A stretch of 63,522 bases of DNA, the filler included, from Octopus bimaculoides (Eukaryota), in NCBI RefSeq assembly GCF_001194135.2. It is 9 parts of 8 records of this genome, joined end to end, with 100 filler letters (N's around TTAATTAATTAA, not from the genome) between each part and the next. Parts side by side here need not be neighbours in the genome. Positions count along the whole stretch, not along the records: positions 10,015 to 31,047 come from NC_068983.1; positions 31,148 to 41,707 come from NC_068987.1; 7 more parts are not named here. One strand, given 5' to 3'. Each line of letters begins with the position of its first letter. Position 1 is the first letter of the stretch. A model generated the notes under the pieces. The model was not told the origin of the DNA and did not search any database. It saw only the letters and a list, made by a program, of their open reading frames with translations. Position numbers and translations under genes: made by a program. Shown here piece by piece: positions 22,415-34,967 of this stretch.

Positions 22415-22878
22415 GGAGGCGCAATGGCCCAGTGGTTAGGGCAGCGGACTCGCGGTTTCGATTCCCAGACCTGGCGTTGTGAGTGTTTATTGAACGAAAA
22501 ACCTAAAGCTCCACGAGGCTCNNNNNNNNNNNNNNNNNNNNNNNNNNNNNNNNNNNNNNNNNNNNNNNNNNNNNNNNNNNNNNNNNNNNNNNNNNNNNNN
22601 NNNNNNNNNNNNNNNNNNNGGCAGGGGATGGTGGCGAACCCTGCTGTACTCTTTCACCACAACTTTCTCTCACTCTTACTTCCTGTTTCTGTTGTGCCTG
22701 TAATTCAAAGGGACAGCCTTGTCACACTGTGTCACGCTGAATATCCCCGAGAACTACGTTAAGGGTACACGTGTCTGTGGAGTGCTCAGCCACTTGCACG
22801 TTAATTTCACGTACAGGCTGTTCCGTTGATCGGATCAACTGGAACCCTCGTCGTCGTAAGCGACGGAGTGCCAACAAC
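22415..22878 (+). mobile_element. tRNA-derived SINE family C with 10-bp TSD
   Basis: A box tggcccagtgg (22425-22435), B box ggtttcgattcc (22454-22465), (caa)n end, and TSD cataagaaca at 22405-22414 and 22879-22888. Confidence 0.85.
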
Positions 22879-23825
22879 CATAAGAACAAGTTTACAGTTT
22901 TCTGTTGGAACACGAAGAAGACTTTTGCAAACGAGTGACATGATGTGTCATTCGTACATTTCCTTTGGGCGTTTGCAGCTAAAGTGCTGTAATAAAATTA
23001 AACCTTAAATCGGTAGAAACTCGGATTCCTTGCACTTTACTTTATGGTAATTGCTTCCTGTTAGAGAAAACGGAAATTTGATATATGTTTGATATGAAGG
23101 AGATCAAGCCATGTGGAGATCTAAATGTCCCGGGGCGCCATATAAAGTGGTAGGTCCGAACTTAAAAAGCTGTAGACATTCTTCCATTTACCTTCTTCCC
23201 GGAAGTCATTCTATTTTCTGCTGACCAACTTCCTAGCTAGCCCGCAGCGAAGTATAGACTTGAGCCCTATTGTACCTAAAGTAATAAACCTTTGGTAAAT
23301 GCATTCTCGTCTCCACTAGTTTGCTTGCGTTTAGCTTAACAAAGCTATACTGTGGCCATTTAAAATTTATTTTCGTGTATGTGCATCTGGGAATATCATA
23401 AACGCCACCACATTCTATCATAAGCTTCATTGTGAAAACCGAGACATTATTCATCGGTAAAAAAAATCGATTTTGTAAGTGGAGTGAAACATAGAAACAC
23501 AGAAAGCAACACGAATGAGACACAGAGTCTGTGACATAAGTAAAGGCTGGAGTATAGGCGTGTACTTTAAGCTGATTTCATGACATAGTTAAATGAAACA
23601 TACTGTTATTGTAGTTAGTAGCATAGTGTTGCAAACTGAGATCATAATACTGCAATGAGAAGCGTAGTCGTTATTATGAGTCACCGCATTAAGAAATGGA
23701 TCGAAGACAAAGTGTAACTTTGGTCAGTGCTACTAAAATTATATCTTTAGTTTTCGATTATACTGGAAATTTATACGCCCACGCATGCAAACTCACAGAC
23801 GCTGACACATATGTAGCAGTTATGC

Positions 23826-24420
23826 GTGTATGTATGTATGTATGTATGTATGTATGTATGGATGGATGGATGGATGGATGTATGGATGTATGTATGTATG
23901 GATGGATGGATGGATGTATGTATGGATGTATGTATGTATGTATGTATGTATGTATCTGTGCATGTATGTATGTATGTATCTGTGTGTGTGTATGTATGTA
24001 TGTATGTATGTGTGTATGTATGTATGTATGTATGTATGTATGTATGGATGTATGTATGTATGTTTGTATCTGTGTGTGTGTATGTATGTNNNNNNNNNNN
24101 NNNNNNNNNNNNNNNNNNNNNNNNNNNNNNNNNNNNNNNNNNNNNNNNNNNNNNNNNNNNNNNNNNNNNNNNNNNNNNNNNNNNNNNNNNNNNNNNNNNN
24201 NNNNNNNNNNNNNNNNNNNNNNNNNNNNNNNNNNNNNNNNNNNNNNNNNNNNNNNNNNNNNNNNNNNNNNNNNNNNNNNNNNNNNNNNNNNATGGATGTA
24301 TGTATGTATGGATGTATGTATGTATGTATGTATCTGTGTATGTATGTATGTATGTTTGTATCTGTGTGTGTGTGTATGTATGTATGTATGTATGCATATA
24401 TGTATGTAAATATATATGCA
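23826..24420. repeat. Compound (ATGT)n/(ATGG)n tetranucleotide array with internal gap
   Basis: Direct reading of the sequence. Confidence 0.9.
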
Positions 24421-24686
24421 TGCGCGTAAGTATGTATAGTAATCCTGCATGCATCTATCTACCTATCTGTCAGTCTGTCAATTAGTGAGTGAGAGAGAGA
24501 GAGAGAGAGAGAGGGAGGGAGGGAGAGCGAGAGAACGATACTATTACATATATATATCAATATATACATCGACGGTGCTCCAGCATGGCCGCAGTCAAAT
24601 GCCTGAAGCAAGTAAAAGAATTAGAATAGACACACACTCACACACGCGCGCACACATGTACACACACAAACACACGCACATATATA

Positions 24687-25965
24687 TTGGGTCATCCCAT
24701 AAATAATGCGGTTTCTTTTATACTTCTTTTATTTTCCAAAATTAAGATAACCAAAGTTCTTTTTAAATCTAAAATAAAATCTCCTTCGTTTTCTACAATG
24801 CTCTTCCATCTATCTTGTAGACTTGCAAGGATCCTCTTCCAAAATTCACTTGTCCGTGATGGAAAATACTCCTCCTATACTGTTCAGACCATCTCTACTG
24901 TGTTCATATTTTTTCCGTCCAAATGATTTCGAAGACTGTGGAATAAAGGATTATCAGATGGGACAATGTCTGGTGAATATGGTGGATGGGGCACCATTTC
25001 CCATTCACACTGCTCCAGCTTTTGCAATGTCATCCTCACTGTACGTGGCTGAGCATTATCCTAATGGAAGAACAGCTTTCGTCTTAAAACCAAAGATTTT
25101 CTTCTAACGCTGATTTAAACCGCTAAAGCTGTTCGCAGTAGATCTCCTTTGTTATCGTTTGGTTTGAGTTTAAAAGTTCAAAGTGGACTAAACCTTTCAT
25201 ATCCCACCAAACAGATGACAAAACCGTACGTAGGTAAATACCTTCTTTAGCCTGGGGTGCCCGTGTTTCTCCTTTCCCTTCCCACTGTCTTCGGCGCTTG
25301 ACATTTTTATGGAGAACTCATTTCTCATCACCAGTCACTATTCGGGTCAAAAAAGGTTCATTTGTGAGACGTGATACCAAAGAAGAACACACATTCACTC
25401 TCTGCGTACGATTAGACTCGGAAAGTTTGTTAAGAAACTATTGACCCAATTTGCTGACTTTTCCGATGACACGTAGGTGTCGATGAATGGTTGAATGACC
25501 AAATCTAAGCTTTTCTGTTAGTTCCTTCAACAGTTACGTGAGATTTTGTTCCACCAGGATTTGCAGGACGTCGTCGAGCTCTATAGATCTTTCAGGACGA
25601 GGTTCGTCTTCTAGGCTGTTGTCTCCGGTTCACAATTTCTGGAACCACCATTGACACTGGCTTACGCTTATTGTCTGATCCCCATATACTACATTGATAT
25701 TCCTCGCACTTTCCGTTGCGTTGTTGCCTTTATTGAACTCATAAAGCAAGATATGCCGAATATACCCCTTTGTTACCTCTATTATAGCTCTGAAAAAATT
25801 AAATGTTAAAAGCGAACTGCACACTTCAAAACTTGCATTGAGAATAAGTATAAGGTAAAATTACTACTTGCTTTTATAGCAAGTTGATGCAGGTAGTTTA
25901 TACCGCCCCCTCTGACTTTTAGTTTATGCAATTGAAAAAACCGTAATATTTATAAGATGACCCAA
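24687..25965 (-). mobile_element. Full-length degenerate mariner (DD34D) transposon, about 1.28 kb
   Basis: TIRs ttgggtcatcccataaataatgcggttt and aaaccgtaatatttataagatgacccaa with TA on both sides. Transposase remnants YIRHILLYEFNKGNNATESARNI and WEMVPHPPYSPDIAPSD. Confidence 0.9.
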
Positions 25966-26052
25966 TATATATATATATATATGTATATTTATATACGACA
26001 CACACATATATATATATACGTATACGTATACATACATGCATACATACATACA

Positions 26053-26121
<69 letters not shown>

Positions 26122-26254
26122 AGACACATACACAAATACTCGGACATACATACATATTGGAGCAGGAATGGTTAAGTGTTTACATTTGTTCCCCACCACC
26201 GCTTGACAGCTAGTGTCGGTCCCCGTANNNNNNNNNNNNNNNNNNNNNNNNNNN

Positions 26255-26313
<59 letters not shown>

Positions 26314-26539
26314 CATGCATATCTTTCCAGACAGGTCTTTTAGTTTTTATGACAGTCTAGCAGACAAATCTAATCACTACCTCATTTTTAGCATTATTGG
26401 ATTTTGGATCCATCCATAGATCCACTCTCTGGCTCAATCACAGTAGATTGGGTTGTAGAAATTCGCATTTGTCCGGTAAATTATAGATTTCACATTTGTC
26501 CTTCCTCTTTCTACGCGTCATGTAGTACATTTCGGAAAC

Positions 26540-27240
26540 CTTTCGGCTTCCATGCCTTCTAAACCCAAATTGTCTTGAGTGCTTGCGTCCGTTCATCTCT
26601 TACTTCGGTATGATTAATCACTACTCTTTCTGGAGTGATACCGTCTTCGCAACCACCATCTATCCATCTTCTTTCTCGCTGAGTATGCAGTCCATCTAGC
26701 TTGCATGCTAACCCAATTGATAGATTTATCATGTAGTCGGCAGGTTTCATGATGTTAGTTTTGCAAATGCTTAGGTCATATGCATCACAAAACTTCATGA
26801 GGTTTAATATTTCTTCAGTCTTGATACCTCCGACAACACTAGAACAGCCATTATGGTAAGACTCAACATGACTATTAAAGTAGTTCCCAGTCGTTGCTCG
26901 CCATAGAATAATTCACTAAGAGACCCTCATTTAAAAAAATGGTTTCATTGCTTATCTGTCAGTTCTAATTGGTGTGCATATAGAGAGAATGAAATTGCTT
27001 TTGCATTATTTGATTGGTCAACAAAATGTTTCTGCTTCATATTCTGACTGTCTCAATTATGTCTACTCCACTCACTGCAGTGCTGTAACCTACCAAGATC
27101 TACTTTTAGCTGTGTTCCTTGCACGTATAATATCTGACCGAAGTTCATCTCCACCTTACATTTTGCACACAACACATGTTTACTCGCCTCTAATTTAGCA
27201 TGTCTATAATCTTGTCATACCAATCTTTCTCGTATCAACG
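26540..27240 (-). mobile_element. RTE-clade APE endonuclease fragment, heavily decayed
   Basis: FNSHVE...VVGG...LMKFCDAYDLSICKTN.MKP resembles the GDFNGHVG...LEFC...L.ICNT.F.KP pattern of RTE endonucleases. Confidence 0.65.
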
Positions 27241-27703
27241 ATGATGATACCAGCCTTGAAGCTGTCTATCTGAATGAAAGAATGAGATTTTTTTTTGTGG
27301 CAGGTGGCATTTGCTGAATTGCTTGGTTTCGGTTTCTGCATTTGAAAGGAACAGACTTAGTGCGATTGTTTGATGATGATCGAGAGTTCTCGTTCAAAGC
27401 AAGATGTTCCTAAATGACTAAACCACTAACCGTGCGCAACACTAACATGGTTTAGTGTTATTTCTGTATACGCATTGAGAACATTTCAGTATATTTGTAA
27501 CTCATAGCCGCAGTCTAATGTTTGAGACAAGTAAACGATGAAAGATATAGGCGCACACATACATATATACACAAACGAGTATTTTTGCTTGTGGGTATCA
27601 TCTTAGCACAATATTTTCAAAGTCAATTACTTTTGGTTCCTAATTTCAATTTATATAACCGCAATTCTATGCTTTTTATTTAAGTTATCATCTTATGTTA
27701 CAG

Positions 27704-27776
27704 CCACAACGAAAGATTCCGAAATATCATCTTCGAAATTTTTTCCCATGGTCTCAAATGGCTGACAAAGAAAAGA
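27704..27776 (+). CDS. Candidate exon of an unidentified gene (possibly first coding exon MADKEK)
   Basis: Acceptor tcatcttatgttacag|, perfect donor |gtaagt, fully open frame, and caaATGG context at 27758. No downstream partner was identified. Confidence 0.3.
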
Positions 27777-27839
27777 GTAAGTATATACTCTATCTTAGAA
27801 TATACACTCTCTTGTTCTATCTGTCTCTATCTCTCTATT

Positions 27840-28062
<223 letters not shown>

Positions 28063-28674
28063 GTCTCTAGTTAAATCTGTAAACACCTCCCCCTCCTCTC
28101 CTCCGCCCCCTCCTCTCCTCCGCCCCNNNNNNNNNNNNNNNNNNNNNNNNNNNNNNNNNNNNNNNNNNNNNNNNNNNNNNNNNNNNNNNNNNNNNNNNNN
28201 NNNNNNNNNNNNNNNNNNNNNNNNNNNNNNNNNNNNNNNNNNNNNNNNNNNNNNNNNNNNNNNNNNNNNNNNNNNNNNNNNNNNNNNNNNNNNNNNNNNN
28301 NNNNNNNNNNNNNNNNNNNNNNNNNNNNNNNNNNNNNNNNNNNNNNNNNNNNNNNNNNNNNNNNNNNNNNNNNNNNNNNNNNNNNNNNNNNNNNNNNNNN
28401 NNNNNNNNNNNNNNNNNNNNNNNNNNNNNNNNNNNNNNNNNNNNNNNNNNNNNNNNNNNNNNNNNNNNNNNNNNNNNNNNNNNNNNNNNNNNNNNNNNNN
28501 NNNNNNNNNNNNNNNNNNNNNNNNNNNNNNNNNNNNNNNNNNNNNNNNNNNNNNNNNNNNNNNNNNNNNNNNNNNNNNNNNNNNNNNCCTCCTCTTCCTC
28601 CTCCTCCTCCTCCTCCTCCTCTTCCTCCTCCTCCCGCCGCCGCCGTATGTGTATTTGGTGTGCAAGCCGAAAAA

Positions 28675-28909
28675 GAAACGTGGACGAAAATGACGGTTCC
28701 ACCCTTTCTGCTGCCGACATGAGCTGCACGGATGGCTGTAAAATTCTTCACTCTCACCTCAGCTTCCAAGTGAAGGTTATTGAGCAAGGTCTCTAAGAGG
28801 ACGATAAAAGGGATTTGGTGTGAACGGTCATTAACCCAGTCCTCAATAAATTGGATCTTCCATTTTTGGGCATTGGTGGAAGGGCTCATGCCTTGTACAT
28901 TGAGCAAAA
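28675..28909 (-). mobile_element. LINE APE endonuclease N-terminal fragment (clade unresolved)
   Basis: ILLLNVQGM...IPFIVLLET.L...EAEVRVKNF..IR...SRKGGTVIFVH matches the N..G / ETWL / R.GGGV..YV pattern of APE domains. Confidence 0.75.
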
Positions 28910-29713
28910 GGATCCTTCTGAATTGACGGGCAACACTTTTCATTTATGTTTTATGTAGTGTTTTTGGTACCGAAACACTTTCAAACTTCGTATACTTGTA
29001 TATTTTGTGTTATAGAACAGATAAAAAATTTTGTATTCGAAGTTATTTCATGTAAAAAGTTGTCGTATTTCGGTAATTTCAACCAATCACTGACGTCTAT
29101 TGAGGTGAAAACAATTACTGCCGTAGAATGTAAACAACATGTTCTAACGGTGTCATGGGATCTTTTCCCTTGAATAAAATTAGTGCCGTTGTTTGTCAAC
29201 AACAGCTATCGGTGGTAGTGTTATTTATGATATCGTTCGTGCGTTTGTACTGGGTTTAGCTTTAGGGTTTTAGGGTTAGGGTTCGGGTTTTAGAGTTAAG
29301 GTTAGTTTTAGGGTTAGGGTTAGGGTTATGATTATTTTTGCCATAACCTCACTCATAACCCTAACCCTAAAACTCATAACCATAACCATAACCCTAACCC
29401 CAACCCTAACCCTAAGACCCTAAACCCATACTAGAGAATAATGATATAATTAAACAGGGAATAACACTCTTGACACCGGTAAAAATTATTGTTTATAAAA
29501 AGAGTACTAACTGTATTCAGCTGAATAGACGTCAGTGATTGGTTGAAATTACAGAAATACGACAACTTTAACATGAAATAACTTATTAAGAACTAATTTT
29601 TGTTAAGAAGGCTAAGAGAAAAAGATGTTTTATATGACACATTCTACCAGTATCCCAAGTTTGAAAGTGTTTCGTTAAGAAAACAAGTGTTGCCCGTCAA
29701 ACCAAAACGATCC
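28910..29713. mobile_element. Foldback/MITE-like element with patchy long inverted arms and a central telomere-like TTAGGG/CCCTAA core
   Basis: Inverted blocks ttgacgggcaacactt, cgaaacactttcaaactt and a ~60-bp block containing aaccaatcactgacgtctatt. Termini GGATC/GATCC. TTAGGG-like run at 29251-29330 and CCCTAA-like run at 29343-29428. Confidence 0.75.
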
Positions 29714-29900
29714 AATAGTTGTGGCACTTGGCTTTATGCATAAATGCCCAAGTGAAAATCTGGATAACTTAGGGTTTTCAGAAAAACAAATCAACCAACT
29801 AACTCGCATATTACAAACACAATCTGTAAGTGGAACAGTAAAATATGCAGAGACTTTTCTCAAGTTTAAAATGTGACATTTTTTTTGTTATCTACATGTC
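29714..29900 (+). mobile_element. 3' end of an RLE-type (R4-like) LINE, second subfamily; related diverged copy at about 30120-30300
   Basis: PIVVALGF...NLGFSEKQINQLTRILQTQSVSGTVKYAETFLKFKM* resembles RLE C-termini (IVVGALG...LGF...GTVKI.KTF). Confidence 0.55.
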
Positions 29901-30636
29901 AACGTCGGAGCTTTGTATCTTTGGTAGAAACAAGCTCCTTCCTCAGAAGAAGAATTTAGATAATTAAAAACAGAAGATAACAGACAGACAGACAGACAGA
30001 CAGACAGATAGATAGATAGATAGATAGNNNNNNNNNNAGGTAGGTAGGAGAGAATAACTACGAAATTTCCAGCTTCTATACTTAGACTATAAATTCACAT
30101 TCATAATAATAATAATTGCTGGACTTGCTTTTGTTAGCAAATGTTTAAGTGACAACTGGGATAAGCTGAGGTTTTCAGTAAAAAAAATCAACCAGCTAAC
30201 TGACACGTTAGAAATACAATCTGTAAGCAGAAAAATAAAAGTATGAAAGACTTTTCTCAAGTTCAAAACGAGGATTTGCTTTTGTTATTTATATTCCAAA
30301 TATGGAGCTTTGTAACTCTGTTAGAAACCTTTAATTGTAGCAAGCGTAATCCAGAAACAAACTTTAAATGGTTTCAAGAAGACTTGGATCAAAAGAAAGA
30401 GAGAGGGAGAGTAGAGGAGAGGAGAGAGAGTAGGGGAAAGGAGGGAGTGGTAACAATGATCTAAACCAGTCTTAGTTAAATATCTCCTCTTCAAATAAAA
30501 TAAATATTTGTGAGCGTGTGAGTCAAAAAAAAACAACCCAGTTTGACCTCACATGCACTCCTATATAAAAGCTCTCACGAAGCTATTCACCGGTTCACAA
30601 ACTTTCAACAACAGACCCAGCTATAATAATAATAAT

Positions 30637-31163
30637 GATTTAAAGCTCTTTGCAAAAATGACCAACAGCTCAAAGGCCTACTAGCGATTGTTAAACAATT
30701 CAGTGATGACATCAGGATGCAATTTGGCCTTGATAAATGTGCAAAAGCTACCTTTATCAAAGGAAAAATGACAAATACATCTAATGTGAACCTTGACCAG
30801 CAAAATGTCATAAAAGAGTTAGAACCAGCGGAGAGCTACAAATACCTAGGGGTAATTGAAGGGGACAATATCAAGCACTCAGTGATGAGGGAAAGGATCA
30901 GAAGAGAATGTTATCGCAGGGTGAGAGCAATACTGAAGACAGAGCTGAACGCGAGAAACAGGATCGAAGCGATCAATGCTCTAGCCATACCAGTCGTGAC
31001 TTACAGTTTCAATATCGTTAACTGGTCAATTACTGAAATATGTAATGNNNNNNNNNNNNNNNNNNNNNNNNNNNNNNNNNNNNNNNNNNNNTTAATTAAT
31101 TAANNNNNNNNNNNNNNNNNNNNNNNNNNNNNNNNNNNNNNNNNNNNTATAAAAATAAAACTA

Positions 31164-31193
<30 letters not shown>
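30637..31193 (+). mobile_element. 5'-truncated R4/Dong LINE (RT motifs 5-7 and thumb); 3' terminus lies beyond a linker gap
   Basis: DLKLFAKND...FSDDIRMQFGLDKCAK...YKYLGV...ELNARNRIEAINALAIPVVTYSF begins directly after (AAT)n at 30624-30636. The 3' end tataaaaataaaactactg(aat)n follows the gap. Confidence 0.85.
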
Positions 31194-31223
<30 letters not shown>

Positions 31224-32964
31224 AAGAAGAACAACAACAACAACAACACCGAACAATACCTTAGGAATGAGAACTGAGGTTCGAAATTTCAACAATACAC
31301 GTGATGAATGCTGGATGTTATAGAAGTGTAGTATATTCTTAGCTGCAATAGCGACAACATGGATTTCTTCTATCTGTATTAGTGTACTTGAGTAAAATCA
31401 TATTGTGCCCGACTGATTAAAACTCTATTTATTTATTTGTGCAACAGAGGATAGGGCTGCATTTAAATTGATGAAATGATTGAACTGATCAATAAAATAG
31501 AGCCGCTTGAAACGGTCGTTATTCATCACTTCTTGATATCATGTTGCTTATTTTGATTTTACACTCACACACACAGACATACACAGACACACAGACACAC
31601 ACACACACCCATATATATATATATTAAAAAGGACATCAGCCATTAAGGCAATGCACTCATCTCAAATTGTATACAATATTATAATAATGTTGTATGCAAC
31701 TTGTGATGTTTGCCGTGCCTTAGTATTCGATGTCATGTTTAACACTTATATATATATATATATAGGTGTGTTTGTGTGTGTGTGTGTGTGTGTGCATGCG
31801 TGTATCTATACGTATGTGCATGTATGCATATTTCTTCTCTTTGTATCAACGATTGTGTTAGACTGATTCTATGTGAAAGAGAATAGTATGCGTCAATTTT
31901 TTTGTGTGTATAAATATTAATATATACACATGCATTCATGCAAATTCAATTTCTGCCATTTTGTTTTACATATTTGTTAATACCATCAAAAACTTCTAAC
32001 TTGTAACTTGATATTGATATATTTTCTTTCCCCAAAAGATTTTTAACAGCGTAAAGCAGAGGAAGCGGCAGAACATACATATAATGAATGTATCTATTCT
32101 CGTGATGCAGGTGTTTGCTTCACAGTTGAGAAATACCGAACTATTTGCAAATTGCTTAGTTTAAGTGCATTTTGAGAAATTACTGTAGCTATTTTCAAAT
32201 ATCAACAAGTGCAATACTTTTGGGATTTTGTCAAATTGTTGCCAGTGTACTATGATAAAATAACGCATAAATCAAAGTAATTATGGCTTTGATTTCCTGA
32301 GAAATAATTCAAGCGGAAATAAACAGTGATACTGATCATTATACTGTTTTGGTGTTCCCAATTGTGAAAGGATTTTAATGAAATATGAACTGATCTCGTG
32401 GATATTGCACGAATTAATTAGAAGGAGCCATCAAGCATTGAATTGCTGTCTGTGTGTTTTTCCATATGTATATTTGACAATAGCGTTTGTATATGTGTAG
32501 TTGTGTGCATGTGCCTTTAACAGTTGTTTATCTCTTTCTCAAGATCTTTTACACGCGCTCTCTCCTATACTCTTTCCTACGCTCCCTTCTGTATTCCTCT
32601 TTCTCTCTCTTTCTTTTAAGCAGTTTTCTGATCACCTTTCCACTACGTGACAGATTGTTTACATCGCCGGTATCTCTCGGTAACACTTTAGTATTATAGC
32701 TTCTTTAGAAGTATGCATTTTATTGTGTAACTCACTGTTTTGTTTGCAGAAGAATGTCTTTTTAAAGCATTATATAGTTAAGAGTGAATATGTTTTTACA
32801 GTGTGTTCAGAGAGGATTAACTAGCGTACAATGACCATTTGCTGTGACCGAAATTGTTTGGGCTTAAACAAAGTATTTTGAAACTACTGAGAGAAATTAT
32901 GTATTATCGCCTTTTATTCATGTTAGTTATTTCGTCATTGTAATACTTCTTTGCTAACACGGTG

Positions 32965-33090
32965 ACCTGGAGGAATCGTTAGCACGCTGGACGGAATATT
33001 TGGCAGTATTTCGTTTGTCGTTACGGGATCGATAAAATAAGTATCAACCAAGTACTGTGACAATGTAAGCGATTACCCCCTCATCTAAAT
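32965..33090 (+). mobile_element. SINE family B fragment
   Basis: aatcgttagcacgctgg...gtatttcgt...gtcgataaaataagta-like similarity to 60013-60170. Confidence 0.6.
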
Positions 33091-34689
33091 TTAAAACTTT
33101 GTGCCTATGTTAGATACGATTAAAATGCTTTTCATTATAAATTTTGTTTCGGATTTTCGATTCATGCAACAGGATGCCAGGTGTATCCTGGCGCAAGTCA
33201 CATCGTTTGATATTGCTCCATTCTACTCAGTTCAAAATAAGTACCAAATAAACGCTTCTCCAATCTTCATCTCTCTCCATCTTTAATATCCTCGTTATTA
33301 AAAACAGGAGGGCTGGGAGGGTGTCCATTTATTACTACATAGTCACTTGAAACATTTAACGTGTTAGAAGCTTTCACGTTTTATTAGCTTGTTCTTACAA
33401 ATATGTTTTCTGATTTCAGGAATTTAGAATCTTTTATTAATAAAAATAACTGTGAATTGTACAGAAGGTATTTATGAATACATCCTCCTGTATGTAGTTA
33501 GTGAGAGGAAATAAAAAATCAAGTGTCATCTGCTGGGGAGTGCTTGCAAGCAATGTCGTACTAGTTAAAGTTCGAAACTAAATCAGCACTTGTTTACTGA
33601 TCACTTTGTATTTAATTATGCTGTACGTTTAATTATTTAATTCAGCCATATACGTCTTGATTTCTGAATGTGCATCGACATGTTGTCAAGGCAATCACTA
33701 TTTTAAACGTTAGTTGTACTACATGACGTTTGTCGAAGAGCACGAATATCTTTCAGCCATTGAAATTTACTATGAAATCGCGATTGAGCGTTGAAGCAAT
33801 TTAGCACCTTTTAAAGCATTTATTACAATTGGGTCTATCATAAATCTTAAATCGTCCTACTTAACACTCACTAATAAATGGAAATATTTATTCCTAACCG
33901 AAGTAGCTAACATTAGAGAAGTGTAAAATGTTAGCACCATTCACACCACTGACAAATAAACAAATATTCCTCATAAGTGGATGCATTGAAAGTGACAATG
34001 TACACTATATTATTTCAGTTTATAACAAGCACCGCGAAGTAAGTGAATTAGATGGGTGAATAACTGAAATGATGAAATGCATTTTGAAGCAAGCAGTAAA
34101 AAGAAAATACTCTTATGGTTATATACCTATGTGATACTACGGAGATAAGCTAACCATCAGTGGCCAGGTTTTAAGGAGTAGAGAAGCGATATACCCTGAC
34201 ATTTCTGTGAGACTTGTAACTCAGAAATATTGAGAGAATTGTTTTGCCATAGTCATTTCATTGATTCCCTATTAAACCACTAAAACACCTTGCCCGTTCT
34301 CTAAACTGGTCCAGGAACTGAGACAAAAAACGAAACATTTCCTTTCATAATCCAAGTCCAGTGCATTTGAAGAAGTTTTTCAGTTCTTCGGATTATGCAG
34401 AGACGGTACAACTTTTACTGTAGCAGTTGGTATCCTAAGAATTTAAAAGATAATGAAATACCGATACTTCCCTCGATTCATTACATGTGCGAGTATAGGA
34501 AATAAATAAAGAAATGTGCAGTCACAATTTTCTACTGTGACACAAAAGTGTGTAATCCGAACGCAAAGTCATTTTGAATACTGTAGGATATTAAAAAAGC
34601 AAATAAAGGAGAAAAATTAAAAAAATATAATGATTGGATTAATAGATACTTGTCCGAGTAGACTTGACGACCTATATTTCAAATCGCAT

Positions 34690-34723
<34 letters not shown>

Positions 34724-34893
34724 AAAATTAATAGCAAGTGATCAAAAGCTTTGTCGGTTATATTTGAATTTGAGAGGTTGAAGACAATTTACATGCGTTT
34801 ATAAGACATCAGTAGAGTAAAGTTTACTACTTATTGTTCTCAAACCACCTGGATTTCTCATTAAATTATACTGTATATGATTTTATTGATAGA

Positions 34894-34967
<74 letters not shown>

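Noticed and set aside
29251-29428. True chromosome-fusion scar interpretation of the inverted telomeric repeats
   Set aside because: The repeats are short, degenerate and embedded in a multi-copy inverted-arm element, so a mobile-element origin is more parsimonious.
33173-33467. Two phase-compatible plus-strand mini-exons (33173-33240, 33420-33467)
   Set aside because: The first donor (GTACCA) is weak, the peptide is unrecognised, and such matches are expected by chance in AT-rich DNA.
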